Part shown: positions 54,478 to 64,000 of the stretch, in pieces | Layout of the letters: each line of letters opens with the position of its first letter | How positions within the stretch are numbered: the stretch's first letter is position 1 | Assembly: GCA_963785405.1 (NCBI GenBank) | Contig: CAWAVF010000002.1 | Coordinates: 425,569 to 489,568 of the forward strand | DNA length: 64,000 nt | Reading direction: 5' to 3' | DNA from: an uncultured Gammaproteobacteria bacterium | GTDB lineage: Bacteria > Pseudomonadota > Gammaproteobacteria > Steroidobacterales > Steroidobacteraceae | Notes under the pieces: generated by a model | The model's database searches: none | Told to the model about the DNA's origin: nothing | What the model saw: only the letters and a program-made list of their open reading frames with translations | Program-made: the position numbers and the translations under genes

Positions 54478-55415
54478 TGCGCGAGCGTCTCGGTCATGTG
54501 TTCCTCGATATTTTGCAGCTGCACAACGCTTCTTTGATTCGTGTCGTACACCGACTTGAGGAAGGCCTCATCCCAGCTGCTCAAGCTATGGGGCGAGCTG
54601 TCTGCGGCCGCGTTGAACAGTTGCAGGATGGACGGTGCTCCCACCTGGGCGTCCAGATGCACTTCGGCCAATCCGACCATGCCGACGTAGTCAGCGAGCT
54701 GGCCGACGCTGAGGTTCTTTATGCGAGTGGTGTCGATGACCGCTATGACCAAAGAGAGGTTTTGCACTCCGTCCCACGCAAGGCGCGTGCCCCCCGGCGT
54801 GTGAAGGGGGATAACCGGGTAGGTATTCTCCGCGGTAGCCGTTGCCCCGGTTCCCGGCGTCCCGCCAGCCAGCTGCAGAGGCTGATCCATGGCCGGCAGT
54901 CCATCGCCCGAGGCGAAATCACGGTTGTACCAGACACGCACCGGCCGCGGCGTCGTGAGGAAATTCTTTATCGGGGCTCGGCCGTGGAGATGGTTGAACA
55001 TCTTGGGGTCGCGTGCATACCACTTTTTCAGGAATTGATCGGGCTCCGCTGTCGCGACCACATAGAAGTTCGGCCGGCAATGCTCAGGGCCGAGACGCGC
55101 ACCAGCCGACGTCGCGATCGCCAGCAGGCGCGCGATCACGAATTTGCTCTGTTCCTCGAGCAGGCCATCCACGAACGGACAGATCGGCTCGTTCCAGCGC
55201 GCCAGCCCCTCATTGTCGTCGCTGTGGCGCACGATGACGGAAAAAACAAACGCGTCCACCTGGTGCTCGAGAACCTTGCGCTCGCGCTGCGCTTCGACCG
55301 TGATCGAATTGAGTTGCGTGTCAGCGCGACTGCCGCCCGCAAAAAATAATAGAGCACCGACCGCGACCCACGCTGCGGGAATTTTAGTAAGAAACATGGG
55401 GGCCGTGGTACTCAT
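54474..55415 (-). CDS. Secreted protein of unknown function
   Basis: ORF 54474..55823. The upper part overlaps the glcB 3' end. ATG at 55415 gives MSTTAPMFLTKIPAAWVAVGALLFFAGGSRA (signal peptide). I recognise no domain. Confidence 0.6.
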   Translation of the reverse strand: MSTTAPMFLTKIPAAWVAVGALLFFAGGSRADTQLNSITVEAQRERKVLEHQVDAFVFSVIVRHSDDNEGLARWNEPICPFVDGLLEEQSKFVIARLLAIATSAGARLGPEHCRPNFYVVATAEPDQFLKKWYARDPKMFNHLHGRAPIKNFLTTPRPVRVWYNRDFASGDGLPAMDQPLQLAGGTPGTGATATAENTYPVIPLHTPGGTRLAWDGVQNLSLVIAVIDTTRIKNLSVGQLADYVGMVGLAEVHLDAQVGAPSILQLFNAAADSSPHSLSSWDEAFLKSVYDTNQRSVVQLQNIEEHMTETLAH

Positions 55416-55486
55416 CGTGCCAATTCCATCATGAGTAAGATGAGTGATCCACACTTTGCGGAACCGAGCCTGGATGGCTGGCGGAG

Positions 55487-57664
55487 CTACGCCGACGCTT
55501 CTGACAGCGCCTTTCTCTCGATTCTGCGGGCGGTTAGAATGCCCTCGGTGTAGCCATTCGGCTGCTCGCGACCCTTGAACACCAGATCGCAAGCTGCTTT
55601 GAAGGCCACATTGTGGTCCGGGTCCTGTGCGAGCGGCTGATAGTTTGGATCGCCGGCGTTCTGCTGATCCACCACGCGCGCCATCTCTTTGAGGGCACGC
55701 ATGACCTGCGCAGGCGTGCAAATGCCGTGGCGCAGCCAATTCGCGACGTGCTGACTCGAGATGCGCAACGTGGCTCGATCTTCCATCAATGCCACATTGA
55801 AATAGTCCGGCACTTTCGAGCAACCAACGCCGGAGTCAATCCATCGGACCACGTAGCCCAAAATGCTCTGCGCATTGTTGTTGAGTTCCTCCTCGATATC
55901 CCTGTTGCTCCAGGTCGGCGTGGCCACCAGCGCCGGCACCAAAATATCGTCCAATGAAGCGCGCGCGCGTTTTGCCAGCTGCTCTTGCACGGCGGCGACA
56001 TCCACCATGTGATAGTGCAGGGCATGCAGGGTGGCGGCTGTGGGCGAGGGCACCCAAGCGGTGCTGGCGCCCGCCAGAGGATGGGCGATTTTCGTTTTCA
56101 GCATATCTGCCATCAGGTCCGGCATGGCCCACATCCCCTTGCCGATCTGCGCGATTCCTCGCAGACCGCAGGCCAATCCGATATCCACGTTCTGCCGTTC
56201 ATAGGCGTCCAGCCATCCGGCCTTCTTGATGTCGCCTTTGCGCGGCACCGCGCCCCCTTCCATCGAGGTGTGGATATCATCGCCGGTGCGATCGAGAAAG
56301 CCGGTGTTGATGAAGGCCACCCGCTGGCGCGCCGCCCGTATGCATTCCATGAGATTGAGGCTGGTGCGCCGCTCTTCATCCATGATGCCGATTTTCACGG
56401 TGTTGTGCGCCAGGCCCAGCAATTCCTCGACGGCGCCGAATAGTTCGCCCGCAAAGGCAACTTCGTCCGGTCCATGCATTTTTGGTTTGACGACATACAC
56501 CGATCCTGAGCGCGAATTGCGGCGCGCGCCGGCGCCGCGAAGATCGTGAACGGCAATGAGAACCGTGATCGCCGCATCGATGAAGGTTTCGGGGATGGGC
56601 GCTCCGTCCAGAGTCACTATATTCGAGAGCATATGGTGGCCGACGTTGCGCACCAACATGAGACTTCGCCCCGGCAGCACGAATCGTTTGCCGTTTGCAG
56701 CCTGGTACTGGCGATCTGCGATCAAGCGACGAATAAGGGGCTTATCGCCCTTCTCGAGGCGCGCCTCGAGCCCGCCCTTCATCAGGCCCAGCCAGTTTCG
56801 ATACACATGAATCTTATCCTCGGCATCCACTGCGGCAACCGAATCCTCGCAATCCTGTATTGTGGTGATCGCGGATTCGATCACCACATCGCTGACTCCG
56901 GCGGGATCGTCGCGGCCGATGTAGTGAGTGCGATCGATGTGCAGTTCCACGTGCAAGCCGTGATGTACCAGCAACAGGACGGTGGGCGAACGCTCGTTGC
57001 CCTGGTAGCCGCAGTAGGCGGCAGCGTTCTTAAGCCGCGTAGTGCTGCCGTTTTTGAGTCGAACCTCGAGTCCGTCGGCTGCCGCAAGGTACTGCGCCGC
57101 ATCGCGATGCGAACCGTCGATGAGCGCAAAGTGCGCATCCAAGAAATCCCGCACGTAGGCAATGACCTTGGCACCGCGTTGCGGATTGTACTGGCCGCCG
57201 CGAGGGGCGCCGTCATCGGGAATCGCGTCGGTGCCGTACAACGCGTCGTACAGGCTGCCCCAGCGAGCATTCGCCGCGTTCAGCGCATAGCGGGCGTTGC
57301 TGACCGGCACCACCAATTGCGGGCCGGCGATGTGGGCGATTTCCGCATCGACGTTCGCTGTGCTCGCCGCGAACGGCTCCCGCTCGGCGACCAGGTAGCC
57401 GATCTCTTTCAGGAAAGCCTTGTATTTTGCGTGATCGAATCCTACCCCATGATTTTGGCGATGCCAGGCGTCGATTTTTGCCTGCAGCTCATCGCGCTTA
57501 AGCAGCAGGGCGGCGTTGCGCGGCGCCATTCTGCGCACCAGCGCTGCGAAACCGTCCCAGAACTTGGGTCCCTCAACACCGCTGCCCGGTATGGCCTCGT
57601 CATTGACGAAATCGTACAAGACCTTATTGATCTTGAGTTGACCTACCGTAACTGTCGCTGCCAT
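55487..57664 (-). CDS. glcB: Malate synthase G
   Basis: ORF 55487..57805. ATG at 57664 (AGGAA upstream) gives 725 aa. N-terminus [29 protein letters not shown] and length fit malate synthase G. Confidence 0.93.
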   Translation of the reverse strand: MAATVTVGQLKINKVLYDFVNDEAIPGSGVEGPKFWDGFAALVRRMAPRNAALLLKRDELQAKIDAWHRQNHGVGFDHAKYKAFLKEIGYLVAEREPFAASTANVDAEIAHIAGPQLVVPVSNARYALNAANARWGSLYDALYGTDAIPDDGAPRGGQYNPQRGAKVIAYVRDFLDAHFALIDGSHRDAAQYLAAADGLEVRLKNGSTTRLKNAAAYCGYQGNERSPTVLLLVHHGLHVELHIDRTHYIGRDDPAGVSDVVIESAITTIQDCEDSVAAVDAEDKIHVYRNWLGLMKGGLEARLEKGDKPLIRRLIADRQYQAANGKRFVLPGRSLMLVRNVGHHMLSNIVTLDGAPIPETFIDAAITVLIAVHDLRGAGARRNSRSGSVYVVKPKMHGPDEVAFAGELFGAVEELLGLAHNTVKIGIMDEERRTSLNLMECIRAARQRVAFINTGFLDRTGDDIHTSMEGGAVPRKGDIKKAGWLDAYERQNVDIGLACGLRGIAQIGKGMWAMPDLMADMLKTKIAHPLAGASTAWVPSPTAATLHALHYHMVDVAAVQEQLAKRARASLDDILVPALVATPTWSNRDIEEELNNNAQSILGYVVRWIDSGVGCSKVPDYFNVALMEDRATLRISSQHVANWLRHGICTPAQVMRALKEMARVVDQQNAGDPNYQPLAQDPDHNVAFKAACDLVFKGREQPNGYTEGILTARRIERKALSEASA

Positions 57665-57963
57665 GGGCGATTCCTGGAATTTCTGTGGAATAACAATGCT
57701 GCGGGCATTGCCCCGGCAAATCAATGGCCATCGGGACAGGGACTCGAAATCCACACCGCCATGCGCCTTTGGTCCTAGGGGCAGGCGGCCACTCTTGCAA
57801 TACACTCAGGCCGATTTTGAGGCTATCGCGCAGTCCTGGCGGAAGGATCCATCAATTGGCGACCAATCCCACGATTGATACCCCAGCGGCAGCGGCTGCG
57901 GCATCCGGAAAAAAGGCGAAACCCCTGATTGGGGCTTCGATTCCGGACATTGGGTCGCGCGAA

Positions 57964-59751
57964 ATGTTCTCGCTGATTCGAGCGCTGGTGCGTCCCTATA
58001 CAGGGTGGCTCATCATCGTTTTTATTGCGATGATCATCGAGACCGCCATGAGTCTCGCTGCTCCATGGCCCCTCAAAGTGGTTATCGACAGCGTGCTTGG
58101 CTCGCACCCGCTGCCGGATTTGCTGCGCGGCTTGAAGGATTTTTCGGTCGGTGACAGCAAACTGGGATTGGCCTTGCTCGCCGGGATCGGCGTGGTGTTG
58201 ATTGCGGTAGTGGGTGCGATTGCGACCTACATCGATAACTACTACACCGAGAGCGTGGGGCAATGGGTCGCCAACGACCTGCGCATTCGCATCTACGATC
58301 ATTTGCACCGCCTGTCTTTGTCGTATTTCGACAAGCAACAGACCGGGACGTTGTTATCCACGATCACCAGCGACGTGGCGACGATCCAGAATTTCGCCTC
58401 CTCGAATACCTTGAGCCTGCTGGTCGACGTTCTCACCATCATTGGCGTGCTGGGCTTGATGTTCTGGCTCAACTGGGACTTCGCGCTGATCGCGGTGGCG
58501 GTGACTCCGTTCTTGTTGATGTTCGTCAGCCGCTTCAAGAAAGCGGTGAAGAAGGCGACTCATGAGGTTCGTCTTCATCAAGCCGATATCGTGAGCGTGG
58601 TCCAAGAGGGACTCGAGTCGGTGCGTGTGGTTAAAGCCTACGGCCGTGAAACGCTCGAAGATTCCCGCCTCAGCGAAGTCAGCCACGAAGCGGTCGATGC
58701 CGCGCTCGCTGCGCGCCGCGTCAAATCCTTGCTCTCGCCGATAGTGTCCGTGGTCGTGGCGCTATGCACGGCGCTGGTGCTGTGGCGCGGCGCGGCGCTG
58801 AACCTCAAGGATGTCATGACGGTGGGCGCATTGACGGTGTTTCTGGCGTACCTCAACAAATTCTTCAAGCCGGTCCAGGATCTGGCGAAAAATACCAATG
58901 CGATCGCACAGGCCACCGTTTCGCTGGAGCGCATCCAGCGCATTCTGGACACGGATACCGCCATCAAGGACCGCGACGGCGCGAAGACTCTCGAGGTTGC
59001 GAAAGGCACCATCAGTTTCGAGAACGTCGCTTTTGGCTACGACCCCGCGGCGCCGGTGCTCAAGGACGTATGTTTCGGCGTCGCAGCCGGTGAAAAACTC
59101 GGTGTGGTCGGCACCACCGGAGGCGGCAAGTCGACCGTGGTGAGCCTCATTCCGCGCTTCTACGATGTCGATGGAGGCCGCGTAACAATCGACGGTGTCG
59201 ATGTCACGGAGTACACCAAGGCATCTCTGCGCAAGCAAATTGGCTTTGTTTTGCAGGACACCGTGCTGTTTCGCGGCAGCATAAAGTCCAACATCGCTTA
59301 TGGTCGAACCGGGGCCACGGATGCAGAGATCATCGAGGCAGCGAAGCTCGCCAACGCCCACGACTTCATCAGTGCCATGCCGCATGGATACGACACTCTG
59401 GTCGGCGAGCGCGGCTTGACCCTCTCGGGCGGCCAGCGGCAGCGCATTGGAATCGCGCGCGCGATCATTCGCAACTCCCCGATCTTGATCCTGGATGAAC
59501 CGACGGCGGCCCTGGACACGGAATCCGAGCGCCTGGTCATGGAAGGTCTCTCCAAGCTGATGAAGGGCCGCACCGTGATCACCATTGCTCACAGGCTCAG
59601 CACCATCCGGGATTCCAACAAGATCATCGTTCTCGACCGCGGTGTCGTGGCGGAACAAGGTACGCACGATGAATTGCTGGCGCTCAAAGGCATCTACAGC
59701 GAATTGCATCGAATCCAGTATGAAAACACGCCGTCGGGAGCGCCTCCCTAG
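57964..59751 (+). CDS. ABC exporter, fused permease/ATPase (MsbA-like type I exporter)
   Basis: ORF 57724..59751. ATG at 57964 gives 595 aa; a TTG at 57859 is also possible. Six TM helices, Walker A GTTGGGKST, signature LSGGQRQRIGIARA, Walker B ILILDEPTAALD. Confidence 0.9.
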   Translation: MFSLIRALVRPYTGWLIIVFIAMIIETAMSLAAPWPLKVVIDSVLGSHPLPDLLRGLKDFSVGDSKLGLALLAGIGVVLIAVVGAIATYIDNYYTESVGQWVANDLRIRIYDHLHRLSLSYFDKQQTGTLLSTITSDVATIQNFASSNTLSLLVDVLTIIGVLGLMFWLNWDFALIAVAVTPFLLMFVSRFKKAVKKATHEVRLHQADIVSVVQEGLESVRVVKAYGRETLEDSRLSEVSHEAVDAALAARRVKSLLSPIVSVVVALCTALVLWRGAALNLKDVMTVGALTVFLAYLNKFFKPVQDLAKNTNAIAQATVSLERIQRILDTDTAIKDRDGAKTLEVAKGTISFENVAFGYDPAAPVLKDVCFGVAAGEKLGVVGTTGGGKSTVVSLIPRFYDVDGGRVTIDGVDVTEYTKASLRKQIGFVLQDTVLFRGSIKSNIAYGRTGATDAEIIEAAKLANAHDFISAMPHGYDTLVGERGLTLSGGQRQRIGIARAIIRNSPILILDEPTAALDTESERLVMEGLSKLMKGRTVITIAHRLSTIRDSNKIIVLDRGVVAEQGTHDELLALKGIYSELHRIQYENTPSGAPP

Positions 59752-59795
59752 CAACTGAGCACCCAAAGTACCTCACCATCCAACATCGAGGCACC

Positions 59796-60833
59796 ATGAG
59801 CCATTCTTTAATCGTACTTCCCGACGACACCGCGCAGCCGATACTCGACGCGTTGGCGGCGGCAAAAAAGTCGCTGCAAATCCGCATGTTTCTGTTTACT
59901 GATCCGGCTCTCACCAAGGCCGTCATTGCCGCAAAACGCCGCGGGGTCAACGTGCGGGTGATGCTGAATCCCGCGCGCCGCGGCGGCGAAAGCGAAAACG
60001 ACGACACCAAAAAGAAATTGGCGCACGAAGGCGTCGAGGTGGTCGATAGCAGCCCGGCGTTCGATCTGACCCACCAAAAATCAATGGTCATCGACGATTC
60101 AATCGGGTTCGTGGAGTCGTTCAATTGGGAGACAAAGGACCTGACCATCACGCGCGACTACGCAGTGGTCACCACGCACAAGATCGAAGTCGAAGAAATG
60201 ATTAGCTGTTTCCAGGCCGACTGGGATCGCAAGGATTTTAATCCCGGGCAGCATTCGCAACTCATCTGGTGCCCGAACAACGGCCGTGAGCGCATCGCAA
60301 GCTTCATTGATTCGGCGAAGCACAGCCTGTGGCTGCAGAATGAGCGCTACCAGGACACGGTGATTATCGAGCGTCTGGTGCAAGCCGCCGGACGCGGAGT
60401 CAAGCTGCACATTCTGGCGCGCCCGCCGCACACCCTCAAAAAAGACAAACTGGTGGAGGGAGTCGGGGGCTTGCGAATCATGCACGATGTGGGCGCCAAA
60501 GTTCATACGCTCAAGGGCCTGAAACTGCATGCCAAGATGATTCTGGTTGACGACGCGCGCGCCATCGTGGGCTCCATCAATCTCTCGCCCGGCAGTTTTG
60601 ACGGACGACGTGAGCTTGCCATTGAAACGGATGCGCACCATGTGGTTAAGCGGCTGGCAAAGGCGGCGGCAACGGACTGGGAGAATTCCCACAAACTCGA
60701 TCTGACGGACGAAGGACTTCTCAAAGATCTCAGCAAGCGCGAGTCGACCGCGGGCGGCGCGGAATTATTGGTGATCAAGGCCGGCGGCAAGGATAAGCAC
60801 AAGCCCGACGCCAAGCACGACGGAACCGATTAA
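59796..60833 (+). CDS. Phospholipase D / cardiolipin-synthase-like protein with two HKD motifs
   Basis: 345 aa. HKD1 THQKSMVIDD, HKD2 LHAKMILVDD...GSINLS. No TM helix. Confidence 0.85.
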   Translation: MSHSLIVLPDDTAQPILDALAAAKKSLQIRMFLFTDPALTKAVIAAKRRGVNVRVMLNPARRGGESENDDTKKKLAHEGVEVVDSSPAFDLTHQKSMVIDDSIGFVESFNWETKDLTITRDYAVVTTHKIEVEEMISCFQADWDRKDFNPGQHSQLIWCPNNGRERIASFIDSAKHSLWLQNERYQDTVIIERLVQAAGRGVKLHILARPPHTLKKDKLVEGVGGLRIMHDVGAKVHTLKGLKLHAKMILVDDARAIVGSINLSPGSFDGRRELAIETDAHHVVKRLAKAAATDWENSHKLDLTDEGLLKDLSKRESTAGGAELLVIKAGGKDKHKPDAKHDGTD

Positions 60834-61858
60834 CCCTGGCCCGTGGCCGCGCGTGGCTTCGACGCGACGCCGCTGCGGGTGGTTTCCACGGTGATCTCTG
60901 CGCGCAGATGCAGGTCGACCGGCGCTCCCAATGCCGTGTTGAGCAAGTCATTGATTTGGCCAACCTCCTCGCTCGAGAATTGGTGCGGTGATTTAACGGC
61001 GACGAACACCGACGGCCGGCCGAATCGATCCTGGAGCGAGATGTCATCGATGCTCGAGCCCGGGAAGCTCAGCAATTCCCGCTCTACGGTCTGCCGGACT
61101 TTGGAGCGTAGCGTGGCCTCGCCATAGGTCTGCTGAAAAACATTGAATAAATGAATACCGAGCACCAGGAGAATTGCCAGGCAGGCGAGGCGGGGGATGA
61201 GCGCCGTGGTTTTGCCGGTGACCGGGCCTGTGATCGCGGCGCGGTGGCCCAGAATCATGAACACCACCATCGCCGAGAACGTAATCGCGACCAAGTTGGC
61301 GAGGAACAGAAGAAACGCACCGGCGGCAAGAGTTGGCAGACCACGCGCAATGAGAATTCCACAGGTCGTCAATGGAGGAACGAGTGCCGTTGCGATCGCC
61401 ACGCCCACGGCCATGGAGCCCAAGCTCGGTGTGGCGATGGCGAAGCTCGCGGCTGCCCCGCCCACCAGGCCGATCAGCAGATCGAGAATATTCGGAGCCG
61501 TGCGCGCCAGGATTTCGTGACTCAGGGGCGAAACGCGATCGATCGTGCCTAAAGCGATGCCGAGTGCCAGCACCAACGCGGCGCCGAGGATCTCTGCGAT
61601 CAGCGAGGTGCGCAACAATTCCAAGTTCGATTCGGCCAACGCCATGGCCATGCCCTGAATCGGCCCGAGCAGCGCCGCAATCAGCATCGCGCCGATGATG
61701 ACGGCAGGGGAATCCTCGAAAAGACCAAAACCGGCGATCAGCGTCGCAGCGGCGTTCATCAAGAAATAGGCGCGACCTCCTGAGGCAGCATCCTCAACCG
61801 CGCGAAATGTGTGAGCGCGGCGCGCGCTCGGTGGGGACTGGTTCAGGATCGCATCCAT
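60830..61858 (-). CDS. DUF389 family membrane protein
   Basis: 342 aa, polytopic. GAMLIAALLGPIQG and ATALVPPL are typical of DUF389 as I remember it. Confidence 0.65.
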   Translation of the reverse strand: MDAILNQSPPSARRAHTFRAVEDAASGGRAYFLMNAAATLIAGFGLFEDSPAVIIGAMLIAALLGPIQGMAMALAESNLELLRTSLIAEILGAALVLALGIALGTIDRVSPLSHEILARTAPNILDLLIGLVGGAAASFAIATPSLGSMAVGVAIATALVPPLTTCGILIARGLPTLAAGAFLLFLANLVAITFSAMVVFMILGHRAAITGPVTGKTTALIPRLACLAILLVLGIHLFNVFQQTYGEATLRSKVRQTVERELLSFPGSSIDDISLQDRFGRPSVFVAVKSPHQFSSEEVGQINDLLNTALGAPVDLHLRAEITVETTRSGVASKPRAATGQG

Positions 61859-61861
61859 GGG

Positions 61862-63187
61862 TCACCTCTGCCCAGAGGCGTTCTGCCGCACCGGAATGAC
61901 TGCCAATGATTCATAGATTGGCGCATTGCGCAGCAGCGTCGGCACCAGCATGGCCGCGAAGCATGCGCCGAGCATCGGCAGCAGCATGTTGAAGCTGCCG
62001 GTCATCTCGACAACCAGCACGATGCCGGTGAGCGGCGCACGTACGACGCCGGTGAAAAATGCCGCCATTCCGACCACCGCAAACGCCTGCGGTTGAATAT
62101 CCAGATCGGGGAATGCCAGCCTACACAGAATTCCGAACAGCAATCCGAGTTGCGCGCCGAGCACCAACATGGGAGCGAACAAGCCCCCGGGCGTGCGTGC
62201 GGCGTAGGACACCGCGCCCAGCGTAAAGCGCAGCAGGAACACCAGCGGCACGAGCGCCAGCGCATCGGTTCCTTGAAGCGTGCGCTGCGTGATCTCATCG
62301 CCGCCGCCGACCAGGCCGGGCGCAAACCACGCCAACATTCCTACTGCCGCGCCGATCAATGCGGCGCGCAGCGGCACCGGCCAGCGTTCCAGGCGGTTCG
62401 CGGCCGCAATGGCGCCGAGCAGCGCGCGGTTGTAGAGGATTGCGAAAAGGCCGGCAATCGCGCCCAGTAAAAAGTACAGCGGCCTCGTGCCTGGGTGAAA
62501 GTAGCTCAAATGCTCGACGTGAAAATCCGGTGCATCGCCGAGGAATATGCGCGCCACCGCAATGGCGGTCGACGAGACCCCCAGGGCAATGATGGCAATG
62601 CGCGTATCGAAGCGCTGCACCAACTCCTCCAGGACAAATATGGCGCCGGCAATCGGTGCATTGAAGGCGGTGGCCAAGCCGGCGCCGGCACCGGCAGCCA
62701 GAAGCACCAGACGGTCCGGCAAATTGCGCCGAAACAGTCGCCCCACGAGATCACCGATGCTCGATCCCATTTGCACGCTGGGTCCCTCCCGGCCGAGCGC
62801 CAGTCCGGAGCCGATCGCGAGCACACCGCCCACGAACTTGATGGGTATCAGGCGAAACGGCGCCTCGGGCAATTCCCCGCGCAGCACCGACTCGACATGA
62901 GGGATGCCGCTGCCCGCTGCCTCCGGCGAGAACCGGCGCACCATCCACGCGGCAACTGCAACCGCCGCTGCGCTGGCGATCGTCACCAGCAGCAATCCCA
63001 CGAGTTGCTCGCCCCGCGCCCACAGGATAATCACGTTTCGCAAGTGGTCGGCTTGCTTGAGCACGAGCCGGAACAGCGCTCCGATGAGTCCGGCGCCGGC
63101 GCCGGCGATGAACGCGAGCAGCGCAAGCACCAGCAGACTGCCTGGGCCGTCCGCGCCGGTGATCTCGGGCTTAGCGTCGGTTGGCAC
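61862..63187 (-). CDS. clcA: ClC-type H+/Cl- exchange transporter
   Basis: 441 aa. GSGIP, GREGP, GAIFVLEE and GLFAP selectivity and gating motifs. Confidence 0.92.
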   Translation of the reverse strand: MPTDAKPEITGADGPGSLLVLALLAFIAGAGAGLIGALFRLVLKQADHLRNVIILWARGEQLVGLLLVTIASAAAVAVAAWMVRRFSPEAAGSGIPHVESVLRGELPEAPFRLIPIKFVGGVLAIGSGLALGREGPSVQMGSSIGDLVGRLFRRNLPDRLVLLAAGAGAGLATAFNAPIAGAIFVLEELVQRFDTRIAIIALGVSSTAIAVARIFLGDAPDFHVEHLSYFHPGTRPLYFLLGAIAGLFAILYNRALLGAIAAANRLERWPVPLRAALIGAAVGMLAWFAPGLVGGGDEITQRTLQGTDALALVPLVFLLRFTLGAVSYAARTPGGLFAPMLVLGAQLGLLFGILCRLAFPDLDIQPQAFAVVGMAAFFTGVVRAPLTGIVLVVEMTGSFNMLLPMLGACFAAMLVPTLLRNAPIYESLAVIPVRQNASGQR

Positions 63188-63200
63188 TGACGGGCAAAGT

Positions 63201-63599
63201 CTATGGCCGAGGCTTTAGCCGCGTTGCGATACGCGTAACTATACCGCGCAAGATCACGTAGGGCAGGATCGCCAGGACGATGGCGACCATGAGGGCCGCC
63301 CGCAAATGAAAGGAATGCTGGACGAAAATCTGGTAGACGATATCGAGAACCATCGCCAGGAAGAACAGCCGCGCGATGCTCTTCCATCCTTCTTTAATCA
63401 GCTCACCGCGGCGGCCGGGACTGGAGATGAGATCATAGAAATAAGGCGCCGCACCGTTTTTTGCGTCTCTCAACCCCGATCGGACGGCGAGAAAGGTCGC
63501 CATCAGCGGCTGCAGGACGATTCGAAACTTCATGGGACCGCTGACCCGGTCGGAAATCTGGTCCGCAATCAAATGCCATAAATCGTCCATTGGAGGCAC
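63201..63599 (-). CDS. Small membrane protein of unknown function
   Basis: 132 aa with 3 predicted hydrophobic segments. Ends 13 nt upstream of clcA on the same strand, so likely co-transcribed. Confidence 0.55.
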   Translation of the reverse strand: MPPMDDLWHLIADQISDRVSGPMKFRIVLQPLMATFLAVRSGLRDAKNGAAPYFYDLISSPGRRGELIKEGWKSIARLFFLAMVLDIVYQIFVQHSFHLRAALMVAIVLAILPYVILRGIVTRIATRLKPRP

Positions 63600-63831
63600 T
63601 CCATATTTGCGTGTCGAACAGCGACCAAAACCCCTGCCGACATGTCACAAGCAAATGTCAGTGGCGACAGGATGAGAAGCAGGCATGCCTGTTGAAATGA
63701 GACTTAAGTCTAAGGGCTTCCGAATGAGGTTTCAGGGTACATTCCGCGAGCCAATGCGGCTGGTCCGTGTGTGTCGTCCGGGAAATTTGCCGACGGTCTT
63801 TCAATCAAAGGCGGACTCCAAAGGCTAATTT

Positions 63832-64000
63832 ATGAAGAAAAGAATCTGGCTCATTCTTGGCGGCCTCTTTGTAGCAGGCGTGGTGATCGCGGGGATTCTG
63901 TATCTCGCATTCCCGATCGCGATGACCACCTACGGAGGGATGGGGCTCAATTATATGAAGACCTTATCCACGCCGGCGGGCACTGTGAGCACTGAAGCAA
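63832..64000 (+). CDS. Membrane-anchored protein, N-terminal fragment (runs off the window)
   Basis: Not in the ORF track because it is open at the edge. ATG at 63832 gives MKKRIWLILGGLFVAGVVIAGILYLAFPIAMTTYGG..., a basic N-terminus followed by a TM helix. Confidence 0.45.
   Translation, partial: MKKRIWLILGGLFVAGVVIAGILYLAFPIAMTTYGGMGLNYMKTLSTPAGTVSTEA

Noticed and set aside
63771-63995. 74-aa ORF-track entry at the window end.
   Set aside because: Its translation (MSSGKFADGLSIKGG...RRGDRGDSVSRIPDRDD) is not protein-like. The overlapping frame starting at 63832 encodes a typical basic N-terminus plus TM helix and is preferred.

Overview
High-GC (roughly mid-60s %) proteobacterial chromosome segment. 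Its synteny looks gammaproteobacterial, possibly Xanthomonadales/Nevskiales-like; that is inference from gene order only. It is almost entirely core housekeeping. I call about 60 protein genes and find no rRNA, tRNA, CRISPR array, transposase, integrase or phage gene. Main blocks: rimP-nusA-infB-rbfA-truB-rpsO-pnp; phaR, gluQ-dksA, queF; smc-zipA-ligA; yciB/bolA, yciO, M50 protease-trpS-scpA-scpB-rluB-like. A long minus-strand run covers amidohydrolase-ubiG-HAD phosphatase-rmuC-SQS/PSY-like-yciK-hydrolase. After that come gyrA-serC-pheA-aroA-cmk-rpsA-ihfB-lapB-galU and rhlE. A more accessory-looking stretch (50-64 kb) holds exported or unknown proteins, a low-GC 2OG-Fe(II) oxygenase, glcB, an ABC exporter plus PLD enzyme, DUF389 and clcA. 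I did not find a convincing new multi-gene system such as a defence island, secretion system or biosynthetic cluster. The findings worth a second look are single-locus anomalies: (1) an IDH gene whose conserved C-terminus is encoded in a different frame; (2) gluQ, whose conserved N-terminal catalytic motif lies upstream of any canonical start codon and abuts the dksA stop; (3) a DksA with a 117-aa Lys/Pro/Ala-rich histone-H1-like N-terminal extension and a degenerate zinc finger; (4) an in-frame YciB-BolA fusion; (5) three conserved-context enzymes (RluB-like, TRZ/ATZ amidohydrolase-like, SQS/PSY-like) whose catalytic motifs look degenerate by eye; (6) a promoter plus structured leader plus tandem terminators in front of rimP-nusA. 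All calls rest on ORF-track translations, my own hand translation and remembered family motifs. No database search was run. Start codons of many ORF-track entries were trimmed to the first start consistent with family N-termini and neighbouring genes.
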